Assembly: GCF_009914755.1 (NCBI RefSeq)
Contig: NC_060927.1
Source: the human T2T-CHM13v2.0 reference genome, Homo sapiens
Length of the DNA stretch: 64,000 nt
Reading direction: 5' to 3' (one strand)
The notes under the pieces were generated by a model that was not told where the DNA came from, did no database searches, and saw nothing but the letters and a program-made list of their open reading frames with translations. Below, piece after piece: positions 11,775 to 27,869 of this stretch (position 1 is its first letter; each line of letters begins with the position of its first letter). The position numbers and the translations under genes are program-made.

Positions 11775-13160
11775 GGTATTGTTGCAAATCCTTCCTTCCC
11801 CTCACCCTCCACCCGCGGGCGCCTCGGGAACCCCCAGCCCTCCCCCGGCGCGAGCGCCTCCGGGGTGGCAAGAGCGCAGGGCGCGCGCCCTGCTCTGGCC
11901 TGGCCCGCTGTGCGGAAGTGCCGGCCGCGGCCCAATCACGGGGTGCACGCCATGGGGGAGGGGGACCCAGAGTTTTTCCAAAAGCGTCGACCCCAGGCTA
12001 GGCGGGGTTGGAGCCTTGCGCGCCCCCTGCCCGGACTTTTCTGGGCGCCCAGGGGGCGGGGCCACGCCCATCCGCTTAGAGCTTTCGCGGAATCACAGTT
12101 GTCACAGCGGAAAGGGCCTAGACCCAGTCCTCCAAGTCCTCCCATTTTACAGTTGGGGCAGCTGAGGCCCAGAGAGAAGGAGGGTCGCCCGGAAGTTATT
12201 TACTAGAGGCCAGACCATAATTCAAATAGTTGGCTCCGGACTTAAGTTCCCTTTCTCTAAGCATTTCTCTAGCACCCTGTGTGTGGCAGACCCTGTGCTG
12301 GGTGTATTGGACGTTGCCCTCAAGGAACTCAGTTGAACCTGGGAGTCAAACCTGGCCTAGGGTAGAAAATGCTAAGTGCTGGAGCAAAGGCGTGGACAAA
12401 GTTAAAGGAAGTTCCAGGGAGGGGGTTTGATTTTCTGGTCCCTGGGACGGCCTTTTGGAGAGTCCTGCACTGAATGGGGTTTTTGGAGGTTGAGGAGTTT
12501 CCTGAAGCCAGCTAGCGGCTTGGAGGAAGACATCTCTTCGAGGGAACCGTGGGCCAGAGAAGACTAAGTAGTGTGGGAAATGGAGATGAAAGTATAAATA
12601 TTCTTTAGTTGGAGGCAAGGGGTTGGGGATGGGGGAGGTTGTGATATGAGATGAGCTAATCAGTGGAATTGTGCCTGGGTGCTTGGACAGGGCAGAGTCT
12701 TTGGAACCTCGGAGTCGTAGGAGAACTGAAAAATCTCTCTGGCTTCCCTTCCCTTAGAAGGGATCCACTGCTTTCCCTCCCCCAACACAAAACAACTAGC
12801 GAGAACTCAGGGTCTTCTCTGGGGCTTTTGCTAGTACCAAACTCACTTAACTGTGTTTCCAGTCCCCTTTCTCTTTCCATTCCTTCCCCTTTTACTAAAT
12901 CTCTTGCCTTTCCTGTAAAATTCACTCTCACTAAGGTGTTGATGACTTAATGGCTTACCTTTCCCTGCACATGTGCATTTTAAGAAAGCCTAAAGTGAAG
13001 AAGGGGAAAGTGTGGCTAGGCACCTTTACAAAGCATCTAGCTCCCTCTCCCATCCTCCCCCTTCCTCAACTCTTATAGATAGAAGAATAGGTAAAGGTCC
13101 ACGAAGGTGGGTGCTAGACCTAGAGCCTATGGTCAATAATGGTGGACAGTGGGGGGTTAG

Positions 13161-13597
<437 letters not shown>

Positions 13598-14074
13598 CTA
13601 CAATGCAGGCCCCAACCCCAACACCCAAAACTTTATAGTCTAGAATGTAGGCTCCAGAGGGGATTACCTATTCTGAATGGTAGGGGTAAAAGCCTGGGGC
13701 CTTAGGGTCTGGCAGTCCCCCCAGAGGCAGGCTCTCTGTAAGCAGCATGGGTCTAGAGTTGGTTTTGAGTGTACGCAGAGGGAGGAGAAGCTGAGCTGAT
13801 GAGCTGATTGCTGTGGCTGGGACTTGAGTAGGATCTTTCTTAGAGTGACACATTCTGGTGAAGACAGTTCCAGGAAATGATGGACGGGAGAGGAAACTTG
13901 GTTATAAAGGGGCTTAAAAATGCCAGGCTAAGGAGTTTGGATATATCTTAAATTCATCATTTGAGGGTTTTGAGCAGGCTGAGACATGATTTAGAGGGGA
14001 GGTACTGGCATCGAGAAGCCCCCTGCTGCCCAATTCCAATGAGAGAGGTAATAATTTGGCCTAAGAATATTATT

Positions 14075-14394
<320 letters not shown>

Positions 14395-14509
14395 TTATCA
14401 ATTGGTTCTTGTTCATTTACTCGACATAGGTTACTGAATACCTATTACGTACCATTGGCAAATATGAAAATTTTATAGCAGATTCCTGTATTTTATTGAG
14501 ACAAATACG

Positions 14510-14665
14510 TTGTATCGAATCAATTGTAAAACACACTTTTTTCACATTTTAATATCACTGAAATGTGGTTGTCTTATTACAATGTACCATAGTTGTGCAG
14601 TTGTTTTTCATCCTAAGTTGGTAATGGCACATCTTATAGTTGATGGCTTAAATCTGATAAAATTG
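14510..14665. mobile_element. MER104/Kanga-like (Tc2) DNA transposon relic
   Basis: cacacttttttcacattttaatatcactgaaat...catcttatagttgatggc resembles the recalled MER104 consensus. Confidence 0.5.
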
Positions 14666-17331
14666 TTCATCATGTCGTTTATGAATGTACAGTGCTTTGC
14701 ACTTTATAAAACACTTTCCAATCAGATACTCCATTTGAATCTCAAAGGTCCCCTGAGAATGAGGCCTGCTGCTGCTGTCACCTTTATTTTAACCCTTGCC
14801 CAAGGTCATATAGCTAATTAGGGATGTGTTCAAAATTACAACCCAGAACTTTTGCTTCTTGGTGGTGACGTGTGACTTTACCCTGCTGTTGAGCCAGTCT
14901 GGGTTAATTGGGAATGGGGCAAGAGTTAGATCGGATTTGATTTCAGAACTATGCTGAAGATGCTGGATGATGGGGATTTTGTACACGGGTAGAGTGTAAC
15001 TCATAAGAACTGTGTAGCCCCCTTAGCACAGATATTTGCTGCATTAAGCAGAAAAAAGACAGGGAGATAGAAAATGGCAGGTAGCAGGTAAAACCCGGGG
15101 TTGGAGCCTGCTTACGGTGAACCAGAAACTGGCTTGGCCCTGAGCGTACAAAGATGAGGTGTACATGGTCCCTGCCTTTGAGGAGCACACAAGTGTGTGG
15201 TGTGTGTGAGGGGGAGGGAAAAAGGTGGAGTGGGGCATGTCCGTGTATTAAGTGCTTTTACAGGGTAAGTTTTGGCTGCTCTTCACTGAGAAGGCTCACC
15301 CTCAGGGAAACCACTATAGAGAGGGGGGTGTCTGAGCTGAACCTCTAGGAATGAGTAGGAGTTGTCCAGGTGGAAGAAGGACAGGTGAGAGAAGGACCTA
15401 TTAGCAAGATAGTAGCAGATGCAGAAGCAGGGAGAAGCTGCTTTATTCTCCAGGCTGTGTTTTGAAAGGCCAGCCATGAAGAGGACCATGGAAAATGGAG
15501 AAAGAAGAGGGCCTTTACTTTTTAATAAGTAAGGTTTAAATTAATCTCGATAGGGGCCGTTAAGTGGTTCTGTAGAGATTCACAGGAGAATAAGGCTGGG
15601 TAGGGTCTCTAGCGTCATCTCTGTGGGAGTAGTTATTTGGATGGTAATGCAGGAGGCATAGTACCACTTTTAGTCTGAGTGAACCTGGGACTTTGACCCT
15701 GGGCCGCGATTAGAGGATCCAAGCTGAGTATGTTCATTGGTGGGTGGGACTTTTCCTGGAATCTGGCTTTGGAGGGCTGTGCTTTGCTAGAAGAAACTTA
15801 GTAGAGTGAGGAAGGGGAAGATATAATCATGTTGATGCATGCAGGAAGCTAGTATCTGGGTGAAAATCTGTTGGCTTGAGGGAACATATGAGGCGGAGAA
15901 CCTGAGGGCAAGGGGAAGGGTGGAAGGATTTCAAGTGTGTTGTGGAAGTCTGCTGTAGGCTGCCTGGAGGCTTGGAGAAAAAGGCTGGTGCATTCTAAAT
16001 GTTGGTCACATCAGTGAGATTGGTAGGTGGATAGGTAGCTGTAGGTAGTGTAGGGATTAATGTTTGGAAGCAGGTAAACCACAGAGTTGAGGCTGGAAAA
16101 TGTTTCCTTTCCTATCATTCTTTTTTAATAGTAATATAATTTTGAAATATTTTCAAATGCTTACCACCTGTTATGTAATTATCATATTGATTCATTAAAG
16201 TAGGTTTTTTGATTACCAGTCTCATTTTGCAGATGAGAAAATGAATTTGGTGAAATAAGGTTACACAACTACCAGGAGGCATTCAAACTTCTGCCTCATT
16301 CTTATAGCCTCTTCACCACTCTTTTCTATGCCCACATGCATGAAAAGCTCAAATCGACATTGCTTGTCTGTGTTCTTCCCTGGAATTTAATTCAGCCCAC
16401 ATTCGTGGGGCCCTAGTGGGGTCACAATTGAGGATTCACATGGACAAACGGGCTTCTCAGTCCCACACTGGTGCTGTTCTAGCCCCTTTTTCTCTCTTAA
16501 GATGCTACCTTGGGTGTCGTCTCTCCCCAAACCTAACTGGAAAGGACTAAGCCTCTCTAGCAAATCATCTGCCTCTTTCAACAGAGCTCGCTTCCCCAGT
16601 CCCTTGTTGTGTTAAGAATGTGATTTATTCTTGTAGAGAGGCAGTTAGGGTCATAAAGTAACAGAGTGGGGAAGTGACAGTCTTGAACTCAGTCATTACC
16701 TTTGATCTCACGGCTCCGGTAACGGTGCTATATGTTCTCTGGTGCTGAACCATATAGCTTCTGCGTCCTCTAGGAAAGCTTTCTGGCTCAGGGCTCTGAG
16801 GGAACACCTACAATCCTTCCTATCACCTACCTGAGTCAGATGGGTCATCTACATTTTGGCCACTCACAGATAAAAGCATTAATAATCTGTTTATTGTGTT
16901 GTGAGAGGAGACAGACCCCAGGATGTTCAGTAGCTGTTTGGTGAATGAACAATGTTTATGGACACAAATAAGCATGCATCACCACTTCATCTTACATATT
17001 TGTGTGTCTGCCTCCTCTCCACTTTAAAATAAGCTGCTTGAGGATTGCAGTGATGTCTGCTTGTTGATGGCTGTATTCCCAATGCCCAGAAGAATGCCTG
17101 ACACATGGTAGGCACTCCAGAAATACTTGCTTGATGAAGAGAGGGAGTAAAATAGTTCACTGCAGCCACAGGATAGCAATCATGGGGGAGCGGGACTGTT
17201 TTTACTGCCCCAGAACCTTGAGCCAGTTGTTGCTGGCACAGGTGGCATTGGGCAGTCCTGCCAGCAGAGTGAAGATTGAGGGACTGGGAGTGTAGAGCTG
17301 AGGGTTGTGAGATTAACTATGCCAAGGTTAA

Positions 17332-18016
<685 letters not shown>

Positions 18017-18199
18017 CTCTGTTTTCTTAATCCATGCCTTTTCTTATGCTGTTTTCTCTACCTGGAGTTTCCAGCCTTTCTGTCTCTGCCTGTTGTAAAC
18101 CTGTGATTCTAGGATCAATATCAAAATCTACCTTGTGCCATGAAGCAATTTCCAGACTCCTTAACCCTTCCAACCCACACGTATCTGTGATCAGATACA

Positions 18200-18900
18200 A
18201 CTCAATTTCATGTATTGAGTTCGGTACTTGTGTACAAAGTGATTACTGTATGCCAGGCAGAAATGCTAGATACTGGTTACAAAGAAAACTGAGATAGGCT
18301 CTGCCTTCCAGAGTCTTCCTTCTATCATAGGAAAGAAACTGAAAGAGAAGATGCTAAGGCTCTAATAAAGTAATGAGCAAAGGGCTAATGGGAACATGGA
18401 GAAAGGAGTGACCAATCATCTAGAAGAACTGGTGAATGCCTATGGAAAAGAAGACATTTGGTTGGGTTTTGAGAAGTGAATAGGAGTTTACATGGTGGAT
18501 AGGAGTGGAAGAGCTTTCTAGCCATAGGGACCTTGGTGTATGTGCACAGGCCTGAGGCCTAAAAGTATTTGAGGAATATAAATGTGTGTTTGGAGATCAC
18601 TGTGGGAGATGGGGCTGGCTAGGGAGGGTTAGTTGATAAAGAGCTGATGGGCCAAGCTAAGGATGATGGCAGAGGTGGGAGGGAGCAGGAAGGCTTTTAT
18701 TATTATTATATTTTGAGCAAAGGAGGGCCTTGTTGGATCTGTATTTCAAAGAGCTCTGGTGGCAGACTGAGGGCAGGTTAAGACCAGAGGCAGAGTCCCA
18801 GCTTAGAAGGCTGCTGAAGTATTCCAGGACAGGAGAAATGGGCCTGTATCGGGTCAGCAGCGTACGGAGGGAAAAATGGATTCCAGAAACTGTTTGCTGC
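18200..18900 (-). mobile_element. L2 LINE fragment
   Basis: tattgag...tatgccaggc...gacatttggttgggttttgagaagtgaataggagttt is an L2 pattern. Confidence 0.6.
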
Positions 18901-21157
18901 TAGAATAATATCAGGTAGCTTAATTCCTACTTTTGTCCTTCTAATTGTTTGACAGCTTATCCATCTTGGCTGGGGAAAAGAATTTTTTTAATGTACACCA
19001 AAGTTTGTAGTCAACAGGAGAAGCAGCAAGCTGCCAGCCAAGCATGGACTGGGGCCTTCTTGGCCAGAGTGAGCTGATCCCTTGTTATACAGATGAGGAA
19101 ACTGAGGCCCCAGAAAAGGGACAGAGCTGCTCAATCACACCCTTGTCAGCTGAAGTGGAGTTGGGTCACAGCCTTTACTCCTAGGCCAGCCCTGTTTCCA
19201 GGTATTTTTCATTCTCAATTTCTGCTGTACCTCACACCTTCCTTCCCCACTCCACCCTCCACTAGGGGTTTCTCTGCTTTGGAGAATTTTAGGAGAGGAT
19301 GTAACTTGGAAATTATGGTATCTTAGGCTTGAAACTTGCGCTTCATACTTAGAAAGCAATCAGATTAAGATGGTTCAGTTTGAGTGTGTGTGGTCTGGCG
19401 ATTTATTTATGTAACTGCCATGGATGGCTGCCATTGATGCTTGTTTGTGAGAACCAAGCTATGCTTCCATGCTAATATCAAGGTTCCTTGCTTTTGACAG
19501 CTCCCTGCCCCTGCTCTCTACCATTCTCCATTAATATTTACTTATTTTTGCTTGCCTAGAAGTTTTTAGGCAATAGTTTTAGATCCATTACAAGGTAGAT
19601 CCTCCTGTGTTTGTCTTCCCTATTGAACCTGCCCATCACAATGTATCTCACAGAAACCATGAGTATTTCATAGCCTTCATAGCACTTTTAATGTAGCAAA
19701 TACATTTTATAATCATTTGTATTACTTTGTTCCCAAATATAATGCAAGAGACAAGTTGGCTAGATCAGTCTTATCTTGCAGATATTGGTCGGGAGTTCAA
19801 GGGTCATAAAACTTTCCTAACTGGGGTGCAGGGCCTTAAGTGGCAGAGTGAGAATCAAACCCCCCTCTCCAAAACTCCTGTCTTGTTCCTTAACTTTTGC
19901 AAATGAGCATAGTTGATGTGAACATCCCTGCAAGCCCTTTACACAGGTGAGAAGTAGTTATTATTATTTCACTAGTACTAATTAGTAGCATTAGGTGACT
20001 ATATTCAAGGCTTTGGAAGGCAAGACTAAAAATCAGATTTGGGACAGGGAGTTCAAAGATCTGGGCTTCACCATACCGGATCATTTTGGCAATAGTGGTG
20101 ATTTTTGGTGTAGGGAAAACAAAGACCTATGTTTGGGCTAACCACAAGCCCTGTGATCTTGAACAAGTTCTGGAACATCCCTGAGCCTAAATTACCTTTC
20201 AATGGAGATCCTGTGATCTATCACAATGCATTTGTGAGAATCAGGGGCATTTCTGTGATGGCGCTTTGTCAGTGGTAATGCAGTCTGTACATGTGTCCGA
20301 TTCTGGGTGCCCAGCGGGGCATCTGGCACACAGTGATGACACCTTACTGTGCTTGTGGGGCTGAAAGGATTTAGACCTAGACAACTCCTAGTTCAAGTCC
20401 TCGTTGTGCTGTTTAATACAGGGTGCTCCCTTGGTGGTCACAGGCACTATTTGTTTTCTCCACGTATTCATTTTTAGATCTCTTATTAATGAGGTCACCA
20501 CAGTTGAGTATAGTGTGCCCGCAAAAGTGGGATGAGTGCCACAGACATTCACGGGCATTTCCAGGTTGTGCGCTGATTTGTCACCAGTGGATGGCTGTGC
20601 AGTGTCCCTTCTTCCACTGCCACCATCCCACCTTCTCTTGGGTTTTGTTTGCACTGTTTGTATCTGTTACCCGTGGAGGGTCTGCTTCTACTGTTGTAAT
20701 TGCTTGTGTTGTGACTTTGCATCATAGCTGGAGATCCCTCTGTAGTTCAAATGGAAAGCTGGTGTTGAAGGTGAAACCAGGTCTTCTTCAGAAACTTGTG
20801 TGGGAACCTTTCATGGGCTGGATAAGCATGAGGATCAGGACAGGGCAGGGTCACTGACCTTAAAGGAGGATGCTTTGACCTGCCTCCAGCATGCACCCTT
20901 CCTGCTGAAGCCATTGTTAGTGTCCCTTAATTACTCAGGCCACCACCCAGCAGCGCAACTGTCAACTTGCAGAGGACTTCAGTGGTATCAGTAGTGTTCC
21001 TTTTTACTCTCATAGGTGTCCTGATTCGGAGGATACGTTATATGGTCACCCTACTTATAGGTGAATATTGAGTGAGGTAGTGTAAATAATGTGCATAAGG
21101 CCAGGCATAAGGCAAGGACTCAACAAACATCCACTGTTTTTGTTAGAGGGGGTGCTA

Positions 21158-21563
<406 letters not shown>

Positions 21564-22513
21564 TTACTATTTATGAGGGTTGATAAAATCATGTTAATGT
21601 ATATCTATAATATAAGAGAGTGCCGTGGGAGAGGCGCATGTGAAGGACTGATGGACTTGTGAATTGCTGGAGCCTTTTGGAAGTGCTGAGCCTTCAGTTA
21701 GACATTGAAGGATGGGAAGGCTTAGACCAGGATTCAGCAGGCAGCTGAATTGCTCTGGCTACTGAGAGTTAAGGAATAAGATTGGTTCTCTGTTCATGTG
21801 TGTACTTTAGCTGGGTCCCTGAATCTATTATTTTCCATCCAGTGGCCCATCTTGATAATGATCTCTAGCTGTAACCGTGGAAGCCTAATGCTCTACTAAA
21901 CTCTGTGCCAAGAGGTCACAGTGGAAATTCATTTCCATTATGCAGAGTCATCTGCACTTGTACTTCCTAGTGAATTTCCACTGAAGATGGTTCTTGTTTA
22001 GTTCAAGGAAGAAAATAACTTGGTTGGCACCTGGAGCTTCTGTCTTGTTTGGTATGAAAACGAATCATTTTCAGGAAGTGCAATAAAGAGTTGCCACCCA
22101 CAGGGCTGGGTGTGCCCTGACTCATGGGAAAGGCAAACTCTGCCCTGGCCAGGCAGGTAAGTGACACCTTTTCTTAGAATGAGGTGAAAGATAGGTCAGT
22201 GTTCCAGTAGGTGGTCATTGTCACCCTGGAAGTCTCTCTTCTTGGTCATAGTTTAATAGCTTTACCTGGAGAATATCTAGGGTTCCAGTAGTGACAGCTG
22301 GACAGGACCCTAAAGATAACATTCTTTCCATAAATTTGATACATTTGTGTATTCATTTGACATCGTGTATCAGGTGCATCTGTGAAAGAATTAGTGATAT
22401 GTTACTCTGGGTTTCGACGATGGAAACGTGAATGCAGTGTGGTCTCTGCTTGCAAGAGGTCACATAAATCATCAAGACAGTATGTAGAAGTATATGCAAA
22501 AAATACCTGAAGG

Positions 22514-22814
22514 GGCTAGGTGCAGTAGCTCACATTGTAATCCCGGTACTTTGGGAGGCCGAGGCAGGAGGATCACTTGAGGCCCGGAGTTCAAGACCAT
22601 CCTGGGTAATATAGCAAGATCCCATCTCTAAAAAAATAAAAATAAAAAAATTAGCCAGTGTGGTAGTGCATGCCTATAGTCCTAGCTGCTCAAGAGGCTG
22701 AGGCGGGAGGATCCCTTGAGCTCCAGAATTTGAGGCTGCAGTGAGCTATGATCATACCACTGCACTCCAGCTGGGGTTACAGAATAGACTCTGTCTGTCA
22801 GGAAAAAAAAAAAA
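22514..22814 (+). mobile_element. AluJ inserted in an L2 relic (~22330-23290)
   Basis: J diagnostics GGAGGATCACTTGAGGCC and GAGGCTGCAGTGAGCTATGATC. Confidence 0.93.
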
Positions 22815-24738
22815 GTCTGATGGCTCTAATTGGATGGTAACTCCCTAGGGACCTGGGGAAACTCAGATAAAGAGATTGTCATTTGATTGGGCATTGAAGG
22901 GTAAGTGGGAATTTGTTTGGTGGGATAGAGGATATTTAAGTGGGAGACATAACATGGATAGAGACATGGAGGTGAGAAAGTGCATGGTGCCTTGAAAAAT
23001 TAGAGTCATGAAGGTGGACTGCATAGTAGAGAGGCTGTGGAGATGGGTTAGGGTCTACATTGAGAGAAACCTTTATTGCTGTACTGAGAAGTTGAGACTG
23101 CATTCTGAAAGGAGCATTGAGTAGATCAATGAGATGACTGGATCTGTGCCTTAAGAAAATAATCAGCTATAGTGTGCTAGACGGATTGAAGGCAAGGGTG
23201 CTAGAGACAGCAGGAGCTGTCTGAGCTGCTACAATAGCCCAGGCAAATGATAAAGCAAAACCGAATTAGGGTTGAGGCAGTCGATATGAGAGATGACTCA
23301 CAGATAGAATAGAAGTCACAGAGTCTTCTCATTTTGCATAAGGGGAGACTCAGCACCTAAGAAAATTACACGTGCAAAGTTCACAGCCCTGGTCCCAGCG
23401 TAACACTGAGGTGATCTCGTCTGCCCAGTGTCTTAGACGGGTGACGGAACATACGGCTTTTGAGAGAACTGCTTGTCAAGGAAGATCTCCACCCTTTTTT
23501 ATCTTGTAAGGATTCTGTGACATCTCTTAATTCTGAATGAGATGAGATGGCTCTTTCTGGAGTTACTGAATCTCTAATTGCTGGAGATATTCAAGCAGTG
23601 ACTGACTGAACTGTTACCGTGAAAGTTCAGGCATTGGTTGAAAACTCCTCTGCGAGGTCTTTAAGACCTATCAACCCTGATTTTTTTTTTTCTTCTTTCT
23701 TCTTCTTCTTTCTTTTTGTTTTTTAAATTTAATTCCTGGGAAAAGAGACTTATAACAGTCTTATCTGGGAATGCTTTATCCATTTGGCTCCTCAGGATTA
23801 TTTTAGACAAAAGGCAGAGAGAGTTAAAAATGGATGATTGAGCTCTAAGAATGGTGGCCTGTAGTTCATTCAGAGTAGTGATGGAACAACCATTTCGTTG
23901 CCAATAAATTAATGCTCACTCATGTGGGAGATATTGGTAGCTGGCTCAGCTTGCAGGATCCTGGTCAAAATGGACCATCCACATAGCATAATACTTATCT
24001 TGCTGTTGCCATTTCTTATAGGGCTTTATGGAAACATGTGTTTTCCTACAAATTACAGGTAAATCATACCAGTAGTCCTGCGGATGGTTATTATTATTGT
24101 CCAAGTTTAATCAGAAGCTTGAACCTGGGAAAGGTTAAATGATTTGCCCAGAACCCAAGCAAGTTAAACATTGAACCAGGACTTAAGTTTTCTATTATCG
24201 CAATGCCAGATTCTTCCTGTTCCCTGCCTGTGCAGATCTCTGAGTCCGGCTCTAGCTTTTGTTCATATTCATATCCACAGCATCTGCTGCAAATCCTGGG
24301 ATGTTATAAATAATTTAATAAATGTTTATTGAATGAACATATGAATGAATGAATGAATGAATAATATATATGAAGTAATAAATGATGACTTGAGTTTTAA
24401 GAATAGCTTAAGAAATTAAAAAAACCACCACCACCTAATTGAGTACCTTCTTGGCACTTTGACTTTTCCTTATAGAGGTTACAGTTTTTGTGTCTTGCAT
24501 TACGTGGTTATCGCTGAGGGATGTAGTAGAAACTACATGGATGGTTTGGAGAGTTAGAAGGTTTGGATTTAAATTATAGCTCTGCTAATTGTTAGCCATA
24601 TAATCGTGTACTGGTTACTTAGCCTCTCTGAACTTCCAATTCCTCATCTCTAAAAGAGTGTAATAGTATCTTTCACATAACATGATTGTGGAAGGTATTC
24701 TATGGTCAGTGTAGTAAAGCCTCAAAGCCTGCCATGTT

Positions 24739-25200
<462 letters not shown>

Positions 25201-27010
25201 CTATGGTAGACCCAGTGTTTGCTGACTGGCTAAATATGTTTTAAGTTCTTTCAGAGAAGAATTATAGCACAAAAGTCCCAACTATTTCTATGACTTTTCA
25301 GATCAGTTGCCAGTCAGCCTCCAGAAAGACTATTGACTTGCACAGTCATTAGCAGTATGTGAATCTACTTGTTTCTCTGTGCACTTACCAGGATTTAATT
25401 TTATAACTTGCATTTGTCTTTGCTAAATTAATATGTAAGAAATATCTTATTATTGTTTTAATTTGAATTTCTTTGATTACTAAAAAAATTTCCCAAGTAG
25501 TGGTTTATTGTTTGTGTTTCTCTTTATATGGATTGTCATATGACAATATTTAGAAATAGTCTGGGCTGAAGACGCTTGATATAAAAGGGCTAAAAATGTT
25601 TAATGTTTTGAGCTGCTTAAATTTATTTATTTGTGCATTCATTCATTCTCTCAGTCTTTATTGAGCTACCTACTCCGTGCCAGGCACGTGCTGCACATAC
25701 TATGAAGAAAAAAATAAATGAATGAAAACAGTGACTTCCAACCTCTTCATTTAACATGTGTGATAGTTGAAGTCTAGAAAAGTGAGGTTAATTACCCAGG
25801 GCCGTACAGCTTGTTCAGTAGCAGAGCCAACCATTTATTTGAACAGTAATGATTTTAAATGTTTTGTGTCCATAGCCTTTTAAACCATGGCGACATCCTG
25901 GAAATTTCAGTATTGTGATGTTAAAGAACATCTCTAAACTGTGTCTACGTTGAAAAATCAGAGTCCTGATTTTTGGTTTAGAAAACATGGTCACCTGGTT
26001 CTTCAGTTGTAAATATAATTCCTTCCTAGACCTCTCTAATGCTTAAGTCTAAATTCATTCTTAAATGAATAAACTTAATATTAAAATAAGATCAGGAAGT
26101 AAATCCCAAGCCAAGCATTTCAGACCAGTTGTGAACCTCTTTTGACATGTTTTTGGTAAATGAGAAGAACTGATGACATATTTCCCTATCAAATAAAATA
26201 GACAATTTAGATTTAATAAGGCAGTTATCTTCAGGTAATAAAAATTCAACTAACTTGCCATAACTATCTTGTTTAAAGTCAATTAAGAGCCTCATATTTC
26301 TCACTTGCTGGGTAAAATTTAATAGAACTTCAGTTAAGCATTTATTGCTTATTTAATTCAAAATTAAGTTAATCACCACAGTTGGTAACAACCACTGAGT
26401 ATTTAATTAACATTCAGCAAACTATCTTATTAAGTCTAAATTAGATACAGACAAGTCTTGTTTATCCCCATCAGTTTGCAAACACCACCTCCCCCACCTC
26501 CCATCCCAAGGGGCCTTTGGTTTTCCTACAGTTTTCCTTTTTTGATTCATCATTTTTATTTTCTTCTACTTAAGACTTCACTTGGGTGAAAGAGGAGAAG
26601 AGGCAGCAGTCCATCATGTTATAGAAACTTTGGGCTCGTAGTATAACTGAGAAACTTTTTCAATCTTTTCTTTTTTCTTCAATCCTATTCTATTAACATT
26701 TCGTTTTTCAAAAGGTATTGAGCACATTCTCTGTGAGAGGCTTCTTTTAAACCCTAAGGAAGCTATAAAAGAGGTCATTCTGACATATTTGGTTTTATTT
26801 TCTCATCCTAGAAATGAGAGGATTGGGTTTAGTTTATCCGTGTAACACGTATTATTGGCTTGCAGTGTGTAAGGCACTTAGCTGAGTGTTTGGATACACC
26901 TTGATTCAGACAAGGCCCCTGCTCTTAAAGAGGACACAGACCAGTGTGAAAGCTGCAAAGTTCAGCTGTAGGAACATGAAGGTCCTTTAGAATGCTGTGA
27001 TTCTGTAAGA

Positions 27011-27290
27011 CAGTATTTCCCAAAGTGTTAAGGCTGTTTTATTAAGAAAAGGGTCCTGTAGCCAAGTAAGTTTGGAAAAGTCCAAGTTAAACAAAATTAA
27101 GGAAATTTCAGTATTGTGTATCTTTACCATGGGATTTTGAGACTTTAATAAACGAATGCGCATTCTGACCTCCCGGAAGGTTTGTTTCCCAAAGTTATTT
27201 GATCATAGAACCCCTGCACCCCACTACTACCCTTTGTACCAGAGCATTTCCTGGGTTCAGTGATGTAATATGCTTTGGGGAAAGCTGCTG
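27011..27290. mobile_element. hAT-Charlie-like MER relic
   Basis: Termini cagtatttcccaaagtg ... ctttggggaaagctg form imperfect inverted repeats. Confidence 0.4.
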
Positions 27291-27833
27291 TGGGCCGTGG
27301 ACCCTGGCCACGAACCTCCCACAGCCCAGAAGGGGTACTCAGACATTCACCCTAGTAACTATGATACAGGGTCAGAATTCTACTTTGTCTGAAAGTTGTG
27401 CACATAGAGTGGGTGATTTTAGACATAGAGTCTTTTAACTGGAGTGGAGGGTATGTAACCAGGACAGCCTTTCCTCATGGAGGAGCGCTGGGTCTAGCGG
27501 GAGATAGACTGTGTAGGCAGAGAGGCCTGGAGGGTTGCCAGAGCATCATCGGGAACAGAATAACAGTGAAATTCTGACATGGCTGATTTGGTGGAGACTC
27601 CCTAACACATTGATATAATGTAGACCAATTTTTATTATAGCCTGAATATGGAGAGGTAAGAGGCAATGAATTTTTTGGCGCAGAACTTTCTGCCTTCGGC
27701 TTTGTTCCAACTGCGTGACTGCCCATCTGCAGAAGTGATTGTTGATTCACGTCTGTAAGACATTTTCATTCTCATGCTTTGTTTGGGGCAGAGCCTCTGC
27801 CTTGTGAATCACTCTTATGAGAGGGAGTCTCAG

Positions 27834-27869
<36 letters not shown>

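Larger units (their letters stand above)
11640..11775 (+). other. Candidate first exon with GCC repeat (5' boundary uncertain) ending at donor TGAG|GTATTG
   Basis: Pyrimidine- and GCC-rich leader typical of 5' UTRs, followed by GT at 11776. Confidence 0.55.
10660..12200. promoter_or_regulatory. CpG-island promoter
   Basis: High GC with dense CpG in a CpG-depleted background. Motifs: E-box CACGTG 10835, palindromic CRE TGACGTCA 11332-11339, ETS CGGAAGT 11913 and 12190, CCAAT 11932, GC boxes 12053-12069. Confidence 0.93.

Noticed and set aside
10805-12206. Long Gly/Ala/Arg/Pro-rich ORFs on both strands, including poly-Ala and poly-Gly frames
   Set aside because: Expected from stop-codon scarcity in a CpG island; many start at non-ATG codons and none has a recognisable domain. 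Only the ATG uORF at 11658 was kept.
24040-24065. Recursive-splice-like site TTACAG|GTAAAT (similar ones near 21060 and 26234)
   Set aside because: Weak pyrimidine tracts, and such motifs arise by chance in 52 kb.
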